This document shows positions 24,321 through 37,830 of a DNA stretch of 64,000 nt, piece after piece. Positions within the stretch are counted from its first letter, which is position 1; each line of letters begins with the position of its first letter. The notes beneath the pieces are model-generated. The model did not search any database and had not been told where the DNA came from. It worked only from the letters and a program-made list of their open reading frames with translations. The DNA lies in assembly GCA_965112155.1 (NCBI GenBank), contig OZ218114.1; one strand, given 5' to 3'. This DNA is from Podarcis liolepis (lineage: Eukaryota). The translations under genes were made by a program, and so were the position numbers.

Positions 24321-25892
24321 GCTCCAGGTAGGGCTGGGAAAGGCTTCTCTATGAAGCCCTAGAAAGCCTGCCTGCCTATTTACATAATTCTAAGTTAGAT
24401 GGATAAGCAAACAGATTCTGTATGAAGGCAACTTCCTATTTTGCTTGCGACAAGGGCTGCAGCTCAGTGGCGCACGCTGATGGTTCCAGGTTTGGGCCCT
24501 GGCAGCATCTCCAGGTAGCACTGAAACCCTGGGGAGTTGCTACTAGTCTGTGAACACAATACTGGGCAAAATGGACCAACGGTCTGGCAGCTTTCTATGT
24601 TCCTATCTCCACCTTAGTGGTGTGACCGTTTTTAGACTGAAATGTGGTGTATGTACACACACTTTAAATAAAATAAGAATTGCCTCTCTGGTTAAGAGGC
24701 CATCTGGCAGAGAGGAATAAGTAAGGGGTTTTTGTAATGCTTCGCACCCACCCCTTGCTTATCTCAGGGCTAGTAACCAAACCACAAACAAAGGAAGTCT
24801 AGACTAGGAAAAACGGTGAAAAAGTAGCCCACAGATACCAAATCGCAGCTTGAAGGAATGCAGTACAAAGTGTTCTGTACCAGACACAGAAAAGCAGAAG
24901 TGTGTGCATTTTATTTATTTATTTATTTTAAATCTCCAGCTTTTCCCCCTTTCTTTTAAGAAAACTTCAAAGGGCTTATCCACCCCCCTTCTCCCAACCC
25001 CAAGTGGGAGAGAAGCTTATTAAATCACGCTGGGACTTTGGGTGAGGACAGCTGGCCTTGAGTCTGGCATATCAGAAGAGCCTTTATAGAGAGAGGAGAG
25101 GAACACGTTAGCAACCAGCATCAAACACGCACAGAGAGTCATGCACAACACACCCACAGAAGGGAGGCACGCTCTGGCCCCAGGCAGGCAACGCACAGAA
25201 GGCTACCTCAGCAGCCAAGTGAGATAATCTAGCCTGGTATTCCTCTACACCTCCTTGATGGCAGAACGAAAGCATTACATTGTAAAGTCAAGGCTTTCCG
25301 AAGATAAACAGCCTCCATCTGGAAGGATTACAAAGGGCCTGGGCCACAGAAGGCTTAGAGGACATACCAGTCAGCAAGCTAGAGAAGAACTTCCGTTGCC
25401 TCCCTCAAAACAAGAGCAGAACAGGAGCAGGGAAAACTCCTGATTTCACCTCAATAAAATTAAGTCCAGCGGCAGCTAAGGTGCTTCCACTCTAGTGGGA
25501 TTGCTATCCGCCGTTCACCTTCCTTTCTTTTTTTGGTGACTCCAGGATGCAGAACCTGCGACCCTCCATCTGCTATTGTCCTTCAGTTCCCATCAGTTCT
25601 GACTGCTGGCCAGGCTGGCTGGTGCTGATGGAAGTTGGGAGGATCACAAGGTGTCCATCATCCCTGACAAGATACCGTCATACAGTCATTGCTATTGTGG
25701 ATTTTATGTTCTCAGACCACCTAAAGCCCAACTATTTTTTTCAAAAGAACAGAAGGCCACAACCACCATGGGTATAAAAGCCCTTAGGGTTACTCTTCCA
25801 ACTGTTTAAGAGGTAGAGGTTTTTGATTTGGCTTGGTAAATCTGAAGAGGCAACATTTTCCAGGTCAGGCCACTTGGGAATAGGGATCTATT

Positions 25893-26032
25893 CAGTGCTA
25901 TTTTTCTAGAAAAAAGAGGTGCCAAAACTCACAATAAACATCTCATTTTTTTCTCTTATAATAGCAATGGCACCTACCTGAGAGGTGCTAGAACTCAGTT
26001 CCAGTGAGTTCTGGCTGGGGGAAAAACCTCTG
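25893..26032. mobile_element. hAT-type MITE (degenerate)
   Basis: Ends CAGTGCTATTTTTC / GAAAAACCTCTG. Imperfect 8-bp TSD GATCTATT / GATTTACT. Confidence 0.6.
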
Positions 26033-27954
26033 GATTTACTCCAGAGTTGAAATTGATCTTCCAATTGGTTTTCTCATTAGTGATTAGGCTTTATGGTTAT
26101 CAGTGGTGTTGGCCTGTAGTTTAAAAGAGCAATATATGTAGGTCACCATGACCCGAATCAAGCCTTTGCAGTCTTCACTAGTTCCCTCTGCTGTCCCGTT
26201 TGCTTGAGAATAGTGAGGGTTACGGTCTGGGGCCCCACGTGCATAAGCAAAAAATGTGTAAGTGGGAACAGCCTCTAAAAAGCATCCAAAACACCAATTT
26301 TCTCCTGCTCTCTGACTTTCTCTCCATACAACTCTCTAGAGTTCAGGTTCTGGGGCTGGCTGGAGGACTCATGGAAAAGAGGCTGCTGCTGCGCTACCCC
26401 ACAAGCCAGCTGCTAGGCAGGGAGGCTGAGCAGCCTAAACAAAGCCCTGCTGTACCTCCAGTCTCTCTGGGGCTTCCTTTGCCCTCACTGAAGTCCTCCT
26501 AAGGCTACAGGGAGGGTCTCCTCATGATCCATGAAGACTCTCCAGCTGTCTCCCACCATTTCCTGGTTTGAATCTATCAATTTGTTTGCTTCCTGGCGTC
26601 ACACGTATACGCGGTCGTGCGTGAGTCGGTTGTGCATAAGTGGGGGGGGGGCGCCTGAATAGGGTTGTTTTTAAAAACAAATAAATGTCCACAGTCACTA
26701 AAATTTTCTTTGTTACTAGAGCAGCATCCCAGAATGCAGAAATTAAGCACAAGATGCTCCTCACCTTCATCTGCATGCCTGATGTCTTGGGGTAATTTGT
26801 GAGTCTTAAGTTAATAGTTTCCCTTTGAGATTAACTTGTATGACTAACTGTGGCATATGTTCTTAAGCACCTGCAGGATCAAGGCCTTGTTTCCTAGAGT
26901 TGACAACCCAGCTATGAAATCTTTCCCCAGGCTAAACTTGCTCTGTTATATATAAATACAGCTTTGTTAATTTTAAAATACCTGTCTGCCTAGAGGATAT
27001 ATATATATTGGACAGAGTTCTGGTGCTCTTTTTATTTTAAGAGAGGCAAATAAAATATAATTAGTTTTATGCCGCCACTCCTCTGTTCCAGGATGGGAAA
27101 TTATTCCAGAAATCTGATCTTTTGCAAGAGATAATGAGAGGCCAATGTATTATTATGGAAAATAAAAGAAAACCACACCTACCCACATGAAATATCACAC
27201 TAAAAAAACCTGTTTGTTCACACATTGCAGGAGGTCACAAATGTAAGAATTGCCTTGATGAATCAGACCAAAGTCCATCAATGGGTATGTTCACACATCA
27301 TGCGATAAGTCAGGGTTGCTGGCTTCTTGTGAATGACAGTGATTTGGGGAAGAAAATTTTCCATTGCTTGAATTTTGACACAGAAGATTTGCTATGTCTT
27401 AAGTTCATTCATAACAATGAATGGCTGTCAATTACAAATACAATTATTAGGAAAGATTAATATTTCCAAAGCTGTAATTAATGTTTTCCCCCCCAGGTGA
27501 TTATCACAAGAAGGATGTGAGTCAGCGTATATGCACAATTCTTCAGGTTGCTAAAACATATTGGTGTGCCAACAATTTTCAATTATTTGCATTTTCTTAA
27601 ATATGAACAAAAATCCCCTCACACATCACTAGTAAATAAGCACTACGGTTGTATACATAGTCCAATCGTTCCTGCTTTTTTTCTCCCCAGCACAAGCAGG
27701 AGAAATAACCCAGGAAACTGCATTTAAGATAGAGTCACTAGGATGTTCACATTTTGTTATTCCTTTAACAAGTCAGGAAGGATCTCCAGCCAGCCTTGAG
27801 CCACGGTTTGTTATTGGCTTACAAATCCTAGCTTGATGGGGAGAAGCAAATCATGACATCAGGTCCAGGTGTGACAGGAAGCCAAACTTAACTGCAACTT
27901 CTGGTTTTGTTTCTCTTGCTCATTCTAAGCAGCAAAGTGGGTATGATTTCAAGT

Positions 27955-28320
27955 AATCATAGGGCTGGAAGGCACCCCAAAGGCCATCTAATCCAACCCC
28001 CAGCTAAAGAATCCCAGGCAGATGGTCATCCAACGCTTGTTTAAAAACTACCACCTTCCAAGGGAGTACGTTCCACTGTCAAACAGTGCTTGATATCAGA
28101 AAGTCCTTCCTATTGTTTAGTCAAAATCTCATTTCTTGTCATTTGAATCCATTGGTTTACACACAATGGATGTAAGTATTTTCTGTTTTCTGGATGTTTT
28201 CTGGAGCAGCAGAAAACAAGCATGCTCCGTCTTCTATGTGACAGCCTTTCATATATTTGAAAATGGCTGTCGTATCAGCTCCAGTCTTCTCTTCACCAGC
28301 CTAAGCACACCCAACTCCCA
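27955..28320 (-). mobile_element. CR1 LINE 3' fragment
   Basis: AATCATAGGGCTGGAAGG...ATCTAATCCAACCCC is the reverse of a CR1 3' terminus. Confidence 0.65.
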
Positions 28321-29429
28321 TTGGGTTTCATGTTCACAATAAACCAGCGTAAGCCAGTAATTCTGGTTTAGTGTAATGTGCAAACGTGGCAGTTCTGTAT
28401 TCAACAGTAGATGCCAAATATATCTGAACACCTACAACCAGGACAGGAAGGCAACAGCCCTCTCCTATTGGCTGTCTCTGCACCTAGTATTCAGAGGTTT
28501 TTGCTGCCTCTAGATCTGGACATTCCATATAGCTAGATTTTGGCTGCAAAACACAATAAAGGAACGGATAATGGGATGTGGCCATAGCTAACATCTAAGT
28601 ATAATACTCAGTAGATCTTTTAGAGGAAAACGACTGGGAGGCAATTATATGCATGTTGAAAAGGTTGTCATTTTTCCGAGATGAAGGATAAAAACAGCCG
28701 CTACTGATTTGCAAATGTTAAAGGGGTGTTTATTTTGAAATGCTAATTTTAAACACTGCTGTGGATGAGTTGCCAGCACACTGCACACACAGCATGAGGC
28801 ATGGTGTAGCTCAGTAGCAAAGCATCTATTTTGGATGGGGATGGTCTCAGGTTAAGGCCCCAACTTCTCCAGAAACCACTGGAATCGATTCCTGCTTGAA
28901 GACCTGGAGAGCAGCAGTCGGACAGCGGAGTAAGTCGCATTTAATTAAATGGAACTCACCTCCAAGCAGACCCTTACAACATTGCATTGTAAGCCCCCCC
29001 TCCATGTGTGCATTGTTAAGCAAACTAATAATTTGCTCCGGAGAAGAGAAGCAAGGAACGTCCAGCACGCATTGTCATTTCCTGACATTGAAATCCCAGC
29101 TAGGGAGTGGGGGCTTTGCGCCTACATCTGCCATTGGCAGGACTTAAGAAATCCTGCTTGTAACCATATGTCTGATTGTTTAAATGTCCCCAAGCTGAGC
29201 CTATCAGTCTTTTTCTTTTCTTTTTTTCAAGCTCTGGAGGATTATACTTTGGGGACTCAAAAACGGCAGGGGAAGATGTGTAGAAACACGACAGCCTTAG
29301 AGGTGGGAGAAAAAAAGTATTTCCCAAAAAAACTTCGCAGTAGGGATGGTTTTGCAGTACCTTTAGTCACTGTGCAGGAAATAATACTTGGGAAGTCTGA
29401 GTAGACTTTGACTAGAGATCCCTTCAATA

Positions 29430-29900
29430 GAGGACATGAAAACATAAGAAGAGCCTGCTGGATCAGGCCAGGGGTCCATGCAGTCCAACATCCTGTTCTC
29501 CGAGAGGCCAACCTGATGCTTCTGAGAAACCTGCAAGCAGGTTCTGAGCACAAGGGCACTCCCTGCTCCTATGGCTTCCAGCAACTGGTATTCAGAAGCA
29601 TACCTGCTTCCGACTTGGAGGTAGAGCATTGCCACTGTGGCTAGTAGGCACTGACAGCCTTTATCCTCCATCAATTTGTCTAACCTCCTTTCAAAGCCAT
29701 CCAAGTTGGTGGTCATCACTGTCTCTTGCGTGAGGAACTTCCATAGTTTAACTATGAGCTGCATTAAGAAGTACATTCCTTTGTCTGTTCTGAACCTTCC
29801 AACATTTGGCCTCGCCGGATGTCCCCAAGTTCTAGCATTGCATTATGGGAGAGGGAGAAAAACTTTCCCCTATCCGTTTTCTCCATGCCATGAAGAATTT
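29430..29900 (-). mobile_element. CR1 LINE 3' end
   Basis: Minus-strand translation YFLMQLIVKLWKFLTQETVMTTNLDGFERRLDKLMED resembles the CR1 ORF2 C-terminus, followed by a 3' UTR. Confidence 0.8.
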
Positions 29901-31423
29901 TCCTAAATAATAGGTTAAAAACTTCTCTTTTTTTGGAAGTGGGGAGGCAGAGAAGGTCCTCCTTTCCTTTCACTCTGCAGTTTTAATATGAAATCTTAGG
30001 CGCAGTATCACGCCCAGAGCTCAGAAACGGCTCAAGCTAATGATATTCCCTGTCGCAAAGTGCGCCTAGAAAAATGGGAGTTTTGAACACTAACTGGGCA
30101 GCAGTGATGCTTGGGCATACATTTCTGATGCAGTTATGGCAAGGAAACAAAGTACAGACAACTTGTGCTTTCTTGTCCTCTTGATCAGCAAGGAACAGCC
30201 GAAGCCGCTCTCCATGCCTCTGAAAGCTCAGCTGCCACCTGCTTCTGCATTCTACCAATCACCCATATTTCAGAAGCTTTGACCATAATAATCAGAAAGC
30301 ATTATGGGAAGTGTTTTGTCCGTCACAATGAACAAAAGGAGCTTCACATGAATGGCAAATCTGAGATGATGTATTTTTGCCACTTAGTAGCCTGAATTAA
30401 TCAGTACATCCTCGTTCAGTATTCTGCAACGCATTTCGCTATCGGCCTATGTTGTACTTTGGCAATAGTGTGTTGACATTGTCTTTTCCAGAAGTGCTTG
30501 TGCTGGCTTTGGCTTAAACAAATAAGATACCTAGTGTAATTATTTCAATGGAATGATGTACCTATGATTAAATTACAGTTACAATAAGCCCCTTGCTATT
30601 CTACTTGTTTTGTTCGTCTGATAGGTCAAACGGCTGTGGCACCCATAATCTGTGAAGACAAGTGGCGGCAATCTCTTGTGAAGATTGTTAGGGTTGGGGA
30701 TAACCTATGACGGAGTTGTTGTTTTCCCCTCCAACAGAAATATGCCTTATGCTTTTAATCTTCCTGCTGGAAGAGGAAACAGATTGAGAATGGAACCACG
30801 TTAATTAATTTTGTGTCTTTGCTTCATCAGCTTTTATGGGATGCGACTTCTAAACAAGCCTCCAGACAGCATTAAATGTTCAGCATCTCAGGCAGAGAGA
30901 GATTTAGTTTACCCCAAACCATTTTGCAACAAATGGTTTCGCATAACGGGAAGACGGAAGATGTGGGGGATTCTGAATCAGCACTTACTGGCCTATGAGA
31001 ATCGAGTGTCCTATCTCTTTCCCCCACCCCAACCCCACACTACAGCTCACCCCTGCTTTGCGGGGTGGGGGTGGGAATGATTCACTGACATTCCTTGGAT
31101 TAGTGGGGATGGGTGCAATCAGCTGTGAAACATTACTTCTAAATTTACAGCAGCATCCAGTTCTGCCTCAACACACATGCACAAAAATAAAGGGGGTTTG
31201 CAAAGAATGCCAAAGAAAAGATGTGGTTTGCTAAAGAGCAAAAGTTAGTACAAACAACTCACCATTGTTCTACCCCAGTGGTTTTTCAAACCGTGTTCCA
31301 GAGAATGTTGGTGTTGCTTGGCAGTGTATCAAGGGTTACTCAACAAGAAGATTAGTGATGGTAGACACTCTCCCACCACTGACTACAACGACTCATGCTC
31401 ATTGTTACCAACCTGTCCCAATA

Positions 31424-31627
31424 CAGTGGTACCTTGGTTTTCGAGCATCTTGGAAGCCAAACATTTCCGTTTTTGAACACGCCTCGGAAGTCAAATGGCT
31501 TCCACTGCATGTTTTTCAATTTTCTCAATGGACATTGCAGACAGCCCTTTGCACCTTGGTTGTCAAACGTTTCAGAAGTCGAACGGTCTTCTGAAACAGA
31601 TTACCTTCGACAACTGAGGTTCCACTG
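31424..31627. mobile_element. Tc1/mariner-type MITE
   Basis: CAGTGGTACCTTGGTT / AACTGAGGTTCCACTG with TA flanks. Confidence 0.8.
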
Positions 31628-33873
31628 TACACAGTGGTTTGGCAGTGTTGGGTGCCTTCTAGGTGCACTATTAGTTTGATGAGATCGATGAGGCCCGAAG
31701 GGAAACAGCGCCGGTTGTGACAAATACAGATCAGAATGGAAACTGCTGCCTTCTTACATCCCTCATGGCAACCCTTTGCTGCTCAGGAGGACACTGCAGC
31801 CTATAGCCTTGATGGATCATCACAAAGGACAGCTGTGAACAGAACTGGGGATTTCTAGTACTATCCAGAGAAACTCTTGACTGGGACGTGATGTGGGGAA
31901 AGTTGCCTTGAAAAGAGAAAATCTGAAAAACACTTTTAAAACTTGAAAATGGGACGGCTAAATGGACAGCAGACGAGCCTTAAGTGAACCACAAGTAACC
32001 CGAACGAACCTGGAAATTGGAAAGAAGTATATTTATACTTCAAAACCTCACAGACTTTGTTTTGTTTTGTAAGCAAAGCAGCGGTTATTTATAGCTCAAA
32101 TTATAAGCACGCCAATGGAATTGTCAATGAGGTAAACCCACCACCACTGGTAGCCATCCAGACAATGCAACATTAATCCTGGGCAATATTAATAAAGACG
32201 GGTCAAAAAAAGAGAAAGGAATCAAAGTTCATAGCTGGGTCACTTGACTTTCAGCACAGAGAAGGAAAGAGACATGGGCGGTGTTTGCACACACTTACAC
32301 ACACCTCTCCACGAATTGAGGCGTATTTGAGCAACAAAAAACAGTTGTGATAAATGTCAAGAGGGAGAGGCAGCTTGCTAGTATCACACATTCTTTGCCA
32401 ACAGCTGTAGAGTGGACCCAGGCAAGAGGAACGCACAGATGCTTCTCTTACGGTTTGACGAAGTTGCTGGTTATTTACTGCTGGATGAAAAACACCAAAT
32501 CCTGCCTAAAGGATGTTACTGAACTTGCCATTTGAAACGCCCAATTTTGGCTCAGCTCAATGAGTTTGTATTTGCATGCAACTGCCCTGGTTACTGCACA
32601 TTAATGATGCATGCAGCTCCTTGCCCTAATGACATTCTTGGCATTCAAGTCCCCCTTCCCAATTGAGAAGTCTGAAAGTCTAAAATCTACAACCCCACAA
32701 AAGCTTCCACGGGCCTAGACAGCTGGCTTGGAGCATTTGCTTGCTTGAACGACAGCTGGATGTTACTTTTTTAAAGAAGGGGGTGGTTGCAGGGACTCTC
32801 AAGATATTCTTACTACAACGCTACAAAAAGACCTTTGTGGACACAAAACCCACTTGTGACTCTGGAGAATTTCATGACTCTCAACTATCTTAGCACACCA
32901 TAGGATGCAAATCCTCACTGACGATTCTGTCCCAAGGTTGAGGAGTTGGTGGGGTTATAAGAAATTAGGAGTCCAGGGCAATGGCCAAACAGCTGGTTTT
33001 AAGTATAGGATACCCCATAAAAATCACTACTTCATTTAGAAGTTGTATGGAATGGGCTATAGCAAGTCACACACTTTTTGGCTTGAATTATCTGTCTTGC
33101 GGTTATAAAGAAGCAAAGAACAATAAAGCACTTTGAACATTTGTGCATGTTGACTTGCAGATCAGTCTCACGGATTCAGTAAAATTTACTCCCATGGAGA
33201 AGAGGATGTAGTATTTCTAGTAGTACTCAACATTTTTAAAGAATCTTGACAGAGGAGAGACAGAATTTAGGTAAAATTCCAAAACCCACATTAGGGCTGT
33301 ACTTTTTTGTCTGGCTGACCAAATTGTGACAGAATAATATATGCAAGCTTTCAAGTTCTCCATAACTCTTAATTTGGCTAGGTGCTATATAAAACAAGGG
33401 TGAGATGCTGGAAAAGAATGTGAGAATTGGAGCCATGGATGGCGTCTGCATTTAGTCACAAGATGGAATGTGGGAGAGGTAGCAGACATTCAACTGAGGC
33501 TCTGTTCATCGCTTTGCAGAACCTGCTGGAAATGAGGAGCACACACTGGCTGATCCCCCATATGGGAGGAAATATATAAACCAGCTTCATCAGATCTAGC
33601 CTGATAACCCAGAATTCCTCTTGGACACGGGGACACAAAACCCCTCCTCCACTTGATTGCTTTTATGGTTTAATATGGTTGTGATGGTTATGTATATGGT
33701 TATGTCTCTCTGTTCCCTCAAATCCCTCCTCAAAATCTGTTTTTTCTGTGAATCCATAATCTCTATCCCAAACTGAACCCAAAAGCCTGACATATGCATG
33801 GACCTTCTTCTATGTGAACTCATCTGATCCACTGAGATCTGAAACAAAGTGCCTTCTTCAGGAGCCCCCACCT

Positions 33874-33874
33874 C

Positions 33875-33925
<51 letters not shown>

Positions 33926-34020
33926 TTATTTATACCCTGTCCATCTGGACTGGGTTTCCCCAGCCACTCTGGGTGGCTTACAGCATATCTAAAAACAAAA
34001 AAAAATCAAGCATTAAAGTA
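33874..34020 (-). mobile_element. L2 3' end with (AAT)n tail
   Basis: Matches 43122-43260. Confidence 0.75.
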
Positions 34021-36363
34021 AGTGACTACACTAGTATCCTAATTAAAAAATAATTATTTCACCTATTATTTTTAATGGTTTTGCTGGCTGTCCGTATTTA
34101 AATTTATTTCAATTGTTTTTATCAAGCTTCTATGTAAAGGCCTGCTGCAGCTATAGATTTTTAGATGATGTTGGTTACCTTATTGTTTTATTGCTGCGGT
34201 CTGTATTTTGCTGTTTTGATTATTATAGCACACTCTGATTTAGGCTGCAATCTTACGCATATTTACTTGGAAGTAAAACTCACTGAACTCAGTGGGTCTT
34301 GCTTCTGCATAGACATGTATAAGATTCCACTATTAGAGTACTATTTGTTTTATAGTTGTGAACTGGTTTTTAGACTGGTAAGCAGAAAATTAGTATATAT
34401 CTATTTTAATTTATTAATTTTCTTGGGTTCATCCCTTATCTTCTCTTTCCTATCACTGTCCTTTGTTGGGAATGTAGATGTTTTATTTAAAATACATACA
34501 TGTATAGTATACATATAGATAATGCACACAGACCAGCATTTCTTGTCTTTTTGTCAGATTCAGTCTTCAAGGCAGCTAACAAAAAAGAATCCTAAATTCC
34601 AGAATTAACAAACTAAAAACCATTCAGTAATGTGGCATTGAATTATTGAGGGGGGGTTTCCCTCCAGTCCTTTCTTTTTCCATGGATCCCCCCTCCCCCC
34701 ATTTCATAAGGTCAGTAGTGACAAGGAAGGGCTTCAAATACAGTATTAGACAACCGTGGTATCAGAAACTGTTTTGATGCAAACTGAAAATATTTTGCTG
34801 CAAATTACCCTAGGCAAATCATTCTAATTTATGTACACAGAGATAACCCCCCCTTCACAGACTTTTTTCCAATTAAAATTGGAAGATTCAGGGAATACTC
34901 TGTCTCCAATATCCTCCAGGGCAGGAGCGATGATTCTAGCAAAATGCAAGTTTTATGGGAGAAGGTAGTTGTTTAGAAAAACTGGTTTTAGAATTATTTA
35001 GAGCTGTATTGGTTTTATTTTTATTTATTTAATTTATTAAATTTGTATACTGCCCTTCATCTGAAGATCATGGGGGCAGTTAAAACTAGCACCTTTAATT
35101 CTGTCCAGAAAAAAAAGCTAGTGAAGATCTTCAAATAATGGCAAATGTGGGTCCCATGTTCAGTAACCTGCCTGGCATTTACTGATGTTTGCAATTCACA
35201 CTGTAAAGAGCTTAGGGCAGGAACCTTTTAATGCCACTCTGTAAAAAACTATGAGTGCTGAATGCTATATGCGCCAATCTGGTATCAGTCAGAATTTTTA
35301 TAACTTGTTCCACAGTCTGTAACAGACACATTTTGGTATTTCACAGCTGTTTTGCAAATAAGCTCAGATGTGTTATTTAAACTGTTGTTACTGTCCCAGA
35401 CCAAAGGCATAATAGACTGTAGAAACTGAAATAAAGTTTGGAAAAGTAGTATCAGAAGATCTTGGAGAGCTACCTTTCAAAATGCCCACTCCAGAGGGAA
35501 ATTTCTTTGTAGAAAGAAACCTATGTGAGATTGTGTATTTTTCTGGCAGTTGCAAGAGAAGACGCACATTTGTGTGTGGTTATCGCAAGCAATAATTTAC
35601 ACAGGAGGTAAGTATTACTTCCTACACTGAATGATTTCGATGTAAGAAGCAGGATTAAAAACACCACATTTATCTCTATTTTGCCTGTCTGTCTGGGGGT
35701 GAGGACACAAATGGTTGAGAGAGACCCCCCCCCTCCCCCAAACTGTGACTGCCACTCTCCAACTCCCTCCCTGGGGCCTTTATTAATAGCCAGACAACAA
35801 GCAAGTCCCAACTCATTCGTGAATGGAATTAACAAATGTTTTTGCAATTAAAGCTGCAAACATTTGCGTGGGGCTCCAGGAACAAAGGGTGTCTCTGTTG
35901 CCAAGTGAATAGGATCCAGTATCAACTCTGCCTGCCTGGCCAACCATCACATTCCTGATTCCCTCATCCTCTGGAAAGGTGGGGGTGGTGCTTGAGTTAT
36001 GGAGAGAGTTTTAGGGAAGCAAGGTCCCTTATTTCTTATTGGGGTGGGGTTCACTGTCATATTCTTCAAAGGTACCAAGACAAAAAACAAGTCATTGGAT
36101 TGGGGAGGGGAGGAACACGCCTTTCCCTCTTGTTTTATAATTAAATCTTGGGGTTGGGGTATTTGTGTATGTGCATATATTCTGAATACACAAACAAATT
36201 ACATGCAGATGGGAGTAATGAGTGCTAATGCCAATTTTTAAAAGGGACACGAAACTTTTATAAAAATGGTGACCCACAATTTCCATTTTTCTACCTGTAT
36301 TGTACTAAAACAAAGTCTACTCACTTCCATCAAAACTCCTACCCCAACCCTAAAATAACTACA

Positions 36364-36492
36364 GGTAAGTAGCCGTGTTGTTCTGCTGTAGGCGAAACAA
36401 AATGAATAAAATTCCTTCCAGTAGCACCTTAGAGACCAAATAAGTTAGTTATTGGTATGAGCTTTCGTGTGCATGCACACTTCTTCAGATAT
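36364..36492 (-). mobile_element. Penelope-like terminal-repeat remnant
   Basis: Reverse complement of 49767-49890. Contains a CTGAAGA...GAAA hammerhead core. Confidence 0.75.
36455..36492 (-). ncRNA. Minimal type I hammerhead ribozyme motif
   Basis: Minus strand reads ATAT-CTGAAGA-A-GTGTGC-AT-GCACAC-GAAA-GC-TC-ATAC. Confidence 0.65.
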
Positions 36493-37159
36493 CTGTTTAC
36501 TTGGATGGGATAGATTGAGCTAGGGAGAATCTTCATTAGTACTTTATTCTAAGTGCAGGGAACCCCCCCCCCCAAAAAAAAAACCTTTCCCTTTTGTCTC
36601 AGTGTTTTTCAGATTATAAACCCAAGGGCAGGGACTATCTCATCCTTGACATTTGTAAGCAGCTCTGGGAGCCTTTTGGGGGCTGAAAAGCAGGATCAAA
36701 ACACTTTAAATAGATAAACACATTTTTAAGTGTAATAAATATGCGGAGGGACAGGGGACTCTCAGCTGCAGAAATGTTTCCAAACCTTACACCCCGTTCA
36801 CTTTTAAATACTTTGTTAGTACAATGTCTTTTACTCCAAGGCTGCTGTGAGGTTCCATACCACACAGACATCAACATCTTATTTTTAAGTACGGTCTTAT
36901 CAGCACAGAGCACCACCAAACAAAAGGGGAAAGACTTTCTCTCACCACTTTTTAAAAAGTGGGCTAAAACTTTCCCTTTCATCCCTCCCTTCTAGTTTGA
37001 ATAAATGTTGCTGCCCTCTCCGTTGCAAAACTCAACATCCCCCCCACCTAAAAACAAAACCCTCCCCAAGCCACACATTTGTGAATGCAAAAGCCACCCT
37101 CAATAGCCTCTATTGTCCCAGGCAGCCTTCGCTCCTCGATGATGGGAAGGGTGCAAAGC

Positions 37160-37830
37160 TCACGCATGACCCCCGCCCTGCTTGCACAGCAGCCAGGCAC
37201 CCCCGCCCCTTCAAATTTCCAACTCGTGGCTGCTGAAAACAATGATGGGCGGGGGAGGGGGCTGAAGTATAATCGCCCCACTCCGCTGCAAACCGCTCAG
37301 CCTCGTTATCCCCCCCGCAAATAAAAACCGGGGTCCCTCTAGGCAAAGCCCGCGCGACCCGCCGCCCCCAAACCCCGGACCTCTCCCGTTCCCCAGCCGG
37401 GCGAGACTCACGGAACATGGGAAGCAACAGCAGGAGAAGGAGCGCCCGCCGCCTGAGCGCCATGATGGGGATGCAACTAAGCCGTCCGCCTGGCCGGGCC
37501 GGAGCTTGCGCATTCCCCGTCTGGCCAGGTCCCAGCGCCGGGTGGGAGGAGAGAAAGGGAAGGAGGGAAGGAGGGAGCGAGCGGGAGATGCCCGCCTTAG
37601 CAGCACTCGGCTGCTCGGGCAACGGTTGCTAGGAGACGAGAGATGCTGGGGCTCCGTTGCCTCGGCAACCGCATCCACAGTCGTGCGGAGGGGCAGGAGA
37701 AGCCTGGAAAGGATGGATGCGGCGGTTAGCTCCATGGGTTTGTTTGTTTCTTCCAAAGCCCCCACCTCCCACAAGGAAACGGTTTGGGAACCTGGGCCCC
37801 GGGGTCGCGGGGAGTAACGGAGTCGAAGCG
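37160..37830 (-). promoter_or_regulatory. CpG island / JAM3 promoter and first exon
   Basis: Local GC- and CpG-rich stretch around the start codon, with a GC box (GGGCGGGG at about 37247) and X-box-like motifs at 37610-37669. Confidence 0.85.
37412..37463 (-). CDS. JAM3: JAM3 exon 1 coding part (signal peptide MALRRRALLLLLLLPMF)
   Basis: ATG in a strong Kozak context (ATCATGG) at 37463 and GTGAGT donor at 37411. 52 nt, phase 1, joins exon 2 in frame. The MALRR start resembles mammalian JAM-C. Lies in a CpG island. Confidence 0.9.

Noticed and set aside
14500-36300. Nested protein-coding gene in JAM3 intron 1
   Set aside because: The short ORFs show no recognisable domains or coherent exon chain, and several are repeat-derived.
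5801-37463. JAM2 or F11R (JAM-A) as the gene identity
   Set aside because: MALRR, PVVQEF, ELSCIIT, VPVGK.ATLHCQE.EG and GICCAYR..F.NNKQ fit JAM3.
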